DNA of 64,000 nucleotides from Candidatus Latescibacterota bacterium. GTDB lineage: Bacteria; Latescibacterota; UBA2968. Positions 58,617 to 64,000 of the stretch are shown piece after piece. The translations under genes were made by a program, and so were the position numbers. Below the pieces are notes generated by a model that saw nothing but the letters and a program-made list of their open reading frames with translations, had not been told where the DNA came from and made no database searches. Positions within the stretch are counted from its first letter, which is position 1. Each line of letters opens with the position of its first letter. The stretch covers positions 4,053,746 to 4,117,745 of the forward strand of contig OZ242195.1 in assembly GCA_965205975.1 (NCBI GenBank). Direction: 5' to 3'.

Positions 58617-58874
58617 ATGCCCAAAATCTCTATCAAATTGCCGCCTTTAGACGCCGAAGACACCGTGGAAGTAACCGTAGTGGTAAACGGCAAAAGCAGA
58701 AAATACGATTACCGCATGGAACTATTCGCCTGGGAGGAACACGTCGAACCCCACGAACAGAGGGTCATGTGTTTGAAACGGATTGTGGAAAACTACGACG
58801 AAGACTGGTCGCTCGTAGAAATTGGCGAACCATCCGAACACGAGGTATCTATCCTGTTCGAACGCCGCGCATAA
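58617..58874 (+). CDS. Small hypothetical protein (85 aa) in the ABC operon
   Basis: GGAGA SD; MPKISIKLPP..VEVTVVVNG..YRMELFAW. Confidence 0.75.
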   Translation: MPKISIKLPPLDAEDTVEVTVVVNGKSRKYDYRMELFAWEEHVEPHEQRVMCLKRIVENYDEDWSLVEIGEPSEHEVSILFERRA

Positions 58875-58884
58875 GGAGACAGAC

Positions 58885-59559
58885 ATGATCGAACTAAAAA
58901 ACATCGAAAAATACTACGAAAACGGCATCGTAAAAACATTCGTACTGCGGCGCATTGATCTACAAATTCGCGAAGGGGAATTTGTATCCATCATGGGACC
59001 CTCTGGTGCTGGCAAATCAACCCTATTGCACATCCTGGGCATGCTGGACACCGCCTCGAATGGAGAGTACCATTTTTACAACCGCGCAGTTCACAAACTG
59101 GATGAACGCGCATTGACCGAACTACACCGCGACCACATCGGATTTGTATTTCAAAGCTACCATCTAATCGACGAACTAACAGTCTCCGAAAATTTGGAAA
59201 CCCCCCTCTTATATCAAAAAGTAAAAGGTGCCGAGCGCAAAGGCCGCATCGCCGAAATGCTGGACCGCTTCAACATCGTGGCAAAAAAGCGACTATTCCC
59301 CAACCAGTTATCCGGCGGACAACAGCAGTTGGTAGGCATAGCCCGAGCATTGATCACACAACCAAAATTGATACTGGCCGACGAGCCAACCGGCAACCTG
59401 AACTCGGCAGAAGGCGAGCGGATCATGACCCTGTTCAAACACCTGAATGCCGAAGGCGTAACCATTGTCCAATGCACGCACTCAGAGAAAAACGCCGCTT
59501 ACGGAGACCGCATCGTACACCTATCGGACGGATGGTTGGACCGGGACGAGCAGTTGTAA
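58885..59559 (+). CDS. ABC transporter ATP-binding protein no. 2
   Basis: [26 protein letters not shown]. Confidence 0.96.
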   Translation: MIELKNIEKYYENGIVKTFVLRRIDLQIREGEFVSIMGPSGAGKSTLLHILGMLDTASNGEYHFYNRAVHKLDERALTELHRDHIGFVFQSYHLIDELTVSENLETPLLYQKVKGAERKGRIAEMLDRFNIVAKKRLFPNQLSGGQQQLVGIARALITQPKLILADEPTGNLNSAEGERIMTLFKHLNAEGVTIVQCTHSEKNAAYGDRIVHLSDGWLDRDEQL

Positions 59560-59612
59560 TCCCTCCAATTAAATTCATCACTCGAACATTTTTAGAGAAA
59601 GATGGTGCCAAA

Positions 59613-60209
59613 ATGAAAGAACACGTCGATCCAACACTCGCGAACGAATTGGCCGAAGGCACGTCAGACAAAAAAATAAATGCCCTGTTCGCCTACATGG
59701 AAGCGAGGGGCCAGTCCTACTACGACGAAGTCGTAACGCAACTCGAACACGCGCTCCAGTGCGCCAATCTGGCCCAGCTCGCCAATGGAGACGCGATTCA
59801 GATAACTGCCGCACTATTGCACGATATCGGCCATTTTCTGATGGACGAACACGCAGAAAACGCAGATTTCCACACCCAGGACTTTCTCCACGAAGAAGTG
59901 GGCGCCGCGTACATAGCACCCTTTTTTATCGAGGCGGTGACCGAACCGGTGAAACTTCACGTTCCGGCCAAGCGATACATCTGCACCACGGATTCGACCT
60001 ACTACAACACCCTTTCCGAAGCCTCTAAGCATAGTTTCCAACTGCAAGGAGGCCTCATGTCAGATCGGGAAAGGACCGAGTTCGAAAGCAATCCTTACTA
60101 CCAGAATGCCGTGCACCTCAGGAAATGGGATGATCTGGCCAAGGTGAAGAACCTGGAAACCCCAGAGCTCGAAACGTACAGGGACGCAGTGGCGCATTGT
60201 CTGAAGTAA
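59613..60209 (+). CDS. HD-domain protein, PhnZ/TmpB-like
   Basis: Y.E.VTQLEHALQCA, AALLHDIGH, HEEVGA, LHVPAKRY, LSEAS..S..LQGG, LRKWDD.AK. Confidence 0.88.
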   Translation: MKEHVDPTLANELAEGTSDKKINALFAYMEARGQSYYDEVVTQLEHALQCANLAQLANGDAIQITAALLHDIGHFLMDEHAENADFHTQDFLHEEVGAAYIAPFFIEAVTEPVKLHVPAKRYICTTDSTYYNTLSEASKHSFQLQGGLMSDRERTEFESNPYYQNAVHLRKWDDLAKVKNLETPELETYRDAVAHCLK

Positions 60210-60246
60210 CTGGTTGCCCGACCAATGCACACATTTAAAAAAAATC

Positions 60247-62649
60247 ATGCTCCAAAACTATCTAAAAATCGCCCTGCGAAATTTGATGCGCCACAAGGGA
60301 TACTCGCTGATCAACGTACTGGGATTATCGGTGGGCGTGGCCTGTTGTGTCCTCATCGGATTATTTATTCACGATGAATTTCGCGTCAATCGGTTTCACA
60401 CAAAGAGCGACCGAATTTGCAAATTGCTCCGCGAGATGCGCAACGATGACGGCACCCGGGACATGGGATTTGGCACATCGGGCGCAGCGGGACCCGCGCT
60501 AAAAAAAGACTATTCAGAAATCGAAACAGTCGTGCGATACCTGTCGTGGGGCTATATCTGGACCACGTATAAAGACCGCAAATTCAATCAGCGATTCTGT
60601 TTGACAGATCCCGATTTTTTGGATGTCTTCGATTTTGAACTGATGAAGGGAGATCGCGCGACAGTACTCAAAGAACCGCTTTCCATCCTGGTGACAGAAG
60701 CAACCGCGCGGCGATTTTTTGGGGATGACGACCCAATAGGAAAAGTGCTTACCGTCGATGACCGGTATATGGGCGGGGTATATACGATTACCGGGGTACT
60801 AAAAAACGTGCCTCGGCAATCAACCATGCAATTTGACATCGTATGTGCAACCGTAAATACCTATTGGACGCGGAACGTATTTGAAAACTGGGCGGTGGAT
60901 TCAACCTGGCGACCGGCACACAATTACATCTTATTGCGAGAAGGCGCAGATGCGAAAGCACTCGAAGCAAAATTGCCCGAATTCATGGCGCGATACATGG
61001 GCGATGAAATCGTCAAAAAGAGCACCTATTTTTTGCAACCCTTAGAGCGAATCTATCTGTATTCCAAAGTGGATTATGGCATCTCATTTCACAGCGACAT
61101 CACGTATGTGTACCTGTTTGCAATCATCGGACTTTTTATTTTACTGATTGCGTGCATCAATTTTATGAACCTGTCAACAGCGCGCTCTGCGCGACGGGCA
61201 CGCGAAGTCGGATTGCGAAAAGTAGTGGGAGCCTATCGCGCCCAATTGATTCGACAGTTCTTGGGAGAGACATTTTTGACCGCACTGTTGGCCGGGCTAT
61301 TGTCGCTAATTATTGTGAAAATTTCACTACCTCTCCTGAACAACTTTGCCAGAAAAACAATTGCACTTGAAGGACAGACCCTGTGGTATGCGGTTGCCGG
61401 ACTATTTGTTTTAACCGTGCTGGTAAGCCTGCTCTCCGGAGGATATCCCGCGCTATTTCTATCCAGTTTTCGACCCGTAACAGTACTGAAAGGCACGCTT
61501 ATTTCGGGTACCAGAAGCGGCCGATTGCGACAGATCCTCGTGATATTTCAATTTGCGATCTCGACATTTTTAATCGCGGGTACATACACCGTGTATCAGC
61601 AATTGAATTATGTGCAAAATAAAAATCTGGGATTCGATAAAGATCTCATAGTTCTAACCTGGTTATTTTCTACAGACCGACGCTTGACAGATAATTATGT
61701 GAATATCAAAAATGAATATCTGAAGCACCCAAACATCTTGAAAGCATCGGCATCGCATTCTTCGATGGGATATGGGGGACAACTGGACAGGGTATTTCCC
61801 GAAGGCAGGGGAGGGGAAGACTGGCGGATGCGCGTCCTGGGCGTGGATGAAGCCTTTTTAGACACCTATAATCTGGAACTCACAGCGGGCCGCAATTTTT
61901 CACTATCAGTGACAACCGACACATCTCAGGCATTTATCCTGAACGAAACTGCCGTGAAGCGATTGGGATGGACCGAGCCGCTTGGAAAGGCGTTTGGATG
62001 GGCTGCATCAAACCGGGAGAAAGGCGTTGTGATCGGCGTGGTAAAAGATTTTCACAACCGGTCGCTACACGAAATCATCCGCCCCGTGGCGATTGCCATG
62101 TGGCAACCCAAGTTCAACGTACTAACACTAAAAATTCGCGGTCAGGATATTGATGAAACGCTTAAATATATCGGTGAAATATGGCGGAAATATATTCCCG
62201 AAAAGCCGTTTGAATATCGCTTTTTAGACGAAAACCTGGCGCGTTATTATCTGGCCGAACAACGGATAGGAACACTTATAACCGTATTTGCCGGGCTGGC
62301 GATTGTAATCGCGTGCCTGGGCCTGTTTGGCCTCGCGGCATTTACAGCAGAGCAACGCACCAAAGAAATTGGCATCCGCAAAACCCTGGGCGCATCCGTC
62401 CCCAATATTGTGCGCTTGCTCTCGCGAGAAGTTGTGATTCTGGTACTACTGGCCAATCTAATCGCATTCCCACTGGCCTATTGGGTCATGAATGAATGGT
62501 TGGCGGGATTTGCGTACCGCATAGATCTGGGCGCGCTGGTATTTGTATTGAGCGGATTACTAACAATGGCAATCGCGATCATGACCGTGAGCACACAGGC
62601 GATTCGCGCAGCCCTGACCGATCCAGCGACAGCATTGCGATATGAATAG
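60247..62649 (+). CDS. ABC transporter permease no. 7
   Basis: Same permease motifs, ends PATALRYE. Confidence 0.95.
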   Translation: MLQNYLKIALRNLMRHKGYSLINVLGLSVGVACCVLIGLFIHDEFRVNRFHTKSDRICKLLREMRNDDGTRDMGFGTSGAAGPALKKDYSEIETVVRYLSWGYIWTTYKDRKFNQRFCLTDPDFLDVFDFELMKGDRATVLKEPLSILVTEATARRFFGDDDPIGKVLTVDDRYMGGVYTITGVLKNVPRQSTMQFDIVCATVNTYWTRNVFENWAVDSTWRPAHNYILLREGADAKALEAKLPEFMARYMGDEIVKKSTYFLQPLERIYLYSKVDYGISFHSDITYVYLFAIIGLFILLIACINFMNLSTARSARRAREVGLRKVVGAYRAQLIRQFLGETFLTALLAGLLSLIIVKISLPLLNNFARKTIALEGQTLWYAVAGLFVLTVLVSLLSGGYPALFLSSFRPVTVLKGTLISGTRSGRLRQILVIFQFAISTFLIAGTYTVYQQLNYVQNKNLGFDKDLIVLTWLFSTDRRLTDNYVNIKNEYLKHPNILKASASHSSMGYGGQLDRVFPEGRGGEDWRMRVLGVDEAFLDTYNLELTAGRNFSLSVTTDTSQAFILNETAVKRLGWTEPLGKAFGWAASNREKGVVIGVVKDFHNRSLHEIIRPVAIAMWQPKFNVLTLKIRGQDIDETLKYIGEIWRKYIPEKPFEYRFLDENLARYYLAEQRIGTLITVFAGLAIVIACLGLFGLAAFTAEQRTKEIGIRKTLGASVPNIVRLLSREVVILVLLANLIAFPLAYWVMNEWLAGFAYRIDLGALVFVLSGLLTMAIAIMTVSTQAIRAALTDPATALRYE

Positions 62650-62679
62650 CCGACACCTGTGCGCCTATGAACTGCTATG

Positions 62680-62726
62680 ATTCGCTGTTCCGTTGATTCG
62701 TTGATTCGTCTATTCGTCTATTCGTC
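62680..62726. repeat. Degenerate 8-mer tandem repeat
   Basis: attcgttg/attcgtct units between convergent genes. Confidence 0.6.
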
Positions 62727-62733
62727 CCTTCGC

Positions 62734-64000
62734 TCACACCCCACGCGACATAGACAACCCCTCTTGCTCCCGCCACAAATACAACACATGGCGCGACTTC
62801 CGCAAATGGCGTTCATACTCCTTGCTAAAATCCCGACGCTTGCCACTCGGCGTCCTGCCATTGGGTCGCGCATTGCACTTCCCGCGCGCCTGCGTAATGC
62901 TTCGGCTGCCATTTTGCACGGCAATCGTCATCACCCGATGCGTCTCATCCTCCGGCGTCGTAACCTGCATCGTCCAGATTGACGATTTCCCGGTCTTGCA
63001 ATTATTCGCATAAGACCCCACGCAGTGATGCATCTTGCGTCCCTCGAGGGACAACTCTTTGGCCGACAGCAACTCCGTAATCGTCCACCGCTCCTTTTCA
63101 TTTCCATAATTATCCGTCGCCGTCCAATCCAGTTCATTGAGACCCGAAGGAGCCCAAACCTTTGCCGGCAAGCGATTCTGCCTCGCCAACTGCCGGTGCC
63201 AAAACTCAACCTGTCGCAGCAACTTGACCACACTGCGCCCCTTAATCGAAAAATTCGGCTGCTCGGGCGGCAACTGCACAACCTCGCCACCAACCGTCTC
63301 TTCCCGAGACACGTATTTCTGATTGTGAATATAATCCACAATCGGTCCCACCTCATCGGGATCGAGCATTGGATTATTCACAAAGAAATGCACCACCTTA
63401 TGCCAGAAATCCTCGCACTCAAAAGACGACCCCAACCGCGTACTGTTCACCGCGCGCACCAGCGGTTCTTCCCCGCCAAGCCCCAGAATTTGACCGTGCC
63501 GAAACGCCTCGTAAATCGCGTAATCGTGCGGCGACTCCAAAAACAAATGCGCCATCTTCTTCGTCAGCGTCAGCGGAACATCTGCCTTGCGAATATTCCC
63601 ACCCGTTCCCACATGCACAAACCAGCCCTGCTGCTGCCGCGCCTCATCTTCCTCACCGAAAAACCACGCGATATCCATAAACGCGGGCACATCGTACTTC
63701 GCGAGCAAATGTCGCGCAAGCGAACCAAATTGTTTGCGCCCATTGTGCGAACCTGGCCGCCACTCTCCTGGATCGCGCAACCACCGCTTGTGCCAGCGCG
63801 CCAGGGCGCCCAACCCCTCGATAAATGTATTGCCATCAGAAGGTCCCAGGCGCACAATCGCGGGCTTGACGTCAAAAAAATCGCCCCGTTTTTCCACATG
63901 AAGCAACAACTGCAGCAGCGCGCGTCGCCCCTTGCGGTCTCTCCCCAGCCCATCAAAAGCCCGCTGGATCTTTTGCAGATGGGGACGATTCAACTCTGCC
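62734..64000 (-). CDS. PcfJ-domain-containing protein; 5' end probably outside the window
   Basis: ITELLSAKELSLEGRKMHHCVGSY...QARGKCN motif. Confidence 0.75.
   Translation of the reverse strand, partial: AELNRPHLQKIQRAFDGLGRDRKGRRALLQLLLHVEKRGDFFDVKPAIVRLGPSDGNTFIEGLGALARWHKRWLRDPGEWRPGSHNGRKQFGSLARHLLAKYDVPAFMDIAWFFGEEDEARQQQGWFVHVGTGGNIRKADVPLTLTKKMAHLFLESPHDYAIYEAFRHGQILGLGGEEPLVRAVNSTRLGSSFECEDFWHKVVHFFVNNPMLDPDEVGPIVDYIHNQKYVSREETVGGEVVQLPPEQPNFSIKGRSVVKLLRQVEFWHRQLARQNRLPAKVWAPSGLNELDWTATDNYGNEKERWTITELLSAKELSLEGRKMHHCVGSYANNCKTGKSSIWTMQVTTPEDETHRVMTIAVQNGSRSITQARGKCNARPNGRTPSGKRRDFSKEYERHLRKSRHVLYLWREQEGLSMSRGV

Overview
Bacterial chromosomal window; the + strand looks C/A-rich, and the PhyH enzymes, many ABC permease paralogues and abundant TA modules are reminiscent of uncultured Latescibacterota/Gemmatimonadota/Poribacteria-type genomes (an impression, not a classification). 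1-12 kb: housekeeping genes on the minus strand (tig-clpP-clpX-engB, a PLP D-threonine-aldolase-family gene, serA, purA; pdxH-pdxJ). 12-17.8 kb: small accessory genes, including a nucleotidyltransferase framed like an integron cassette and an ECF sigma factor. 17.9-24.2 kb: Rieske protein plus a catabolic cluster (beta-propeller, two PhyH dioxygenases, enolase-superfamily enzyme, FucU/RbsD). 24.3-30.8 kb: complete IS256-family element with an 8-bp target duplication, small peptide ORFs next to an AT-rich membrane-anchored LytTR-like regulator, an AAA/PD-(D/E)XK gene, a heptad-repeat coiled-coil gene and a deleted MFS. 30.9-62.6 kb: the most striking region, seven ~800-aa MacB/FtsX-type (ADOP-like) ABC permeases plus an orphan permease 3' end, with only one adaptor and two ATPases. 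It is split into two units, each headed by an identically spaced sigma-54 promoter with an identical 43-bp upstream block, and is interleaved with an ECF sigma factor and duplicated, partly decayed toxin-antitoxin modules. No rRNA, tRNA or CRISPR array was recognised. All calls come from reading the sequence and recognising motifs; no searches were run.
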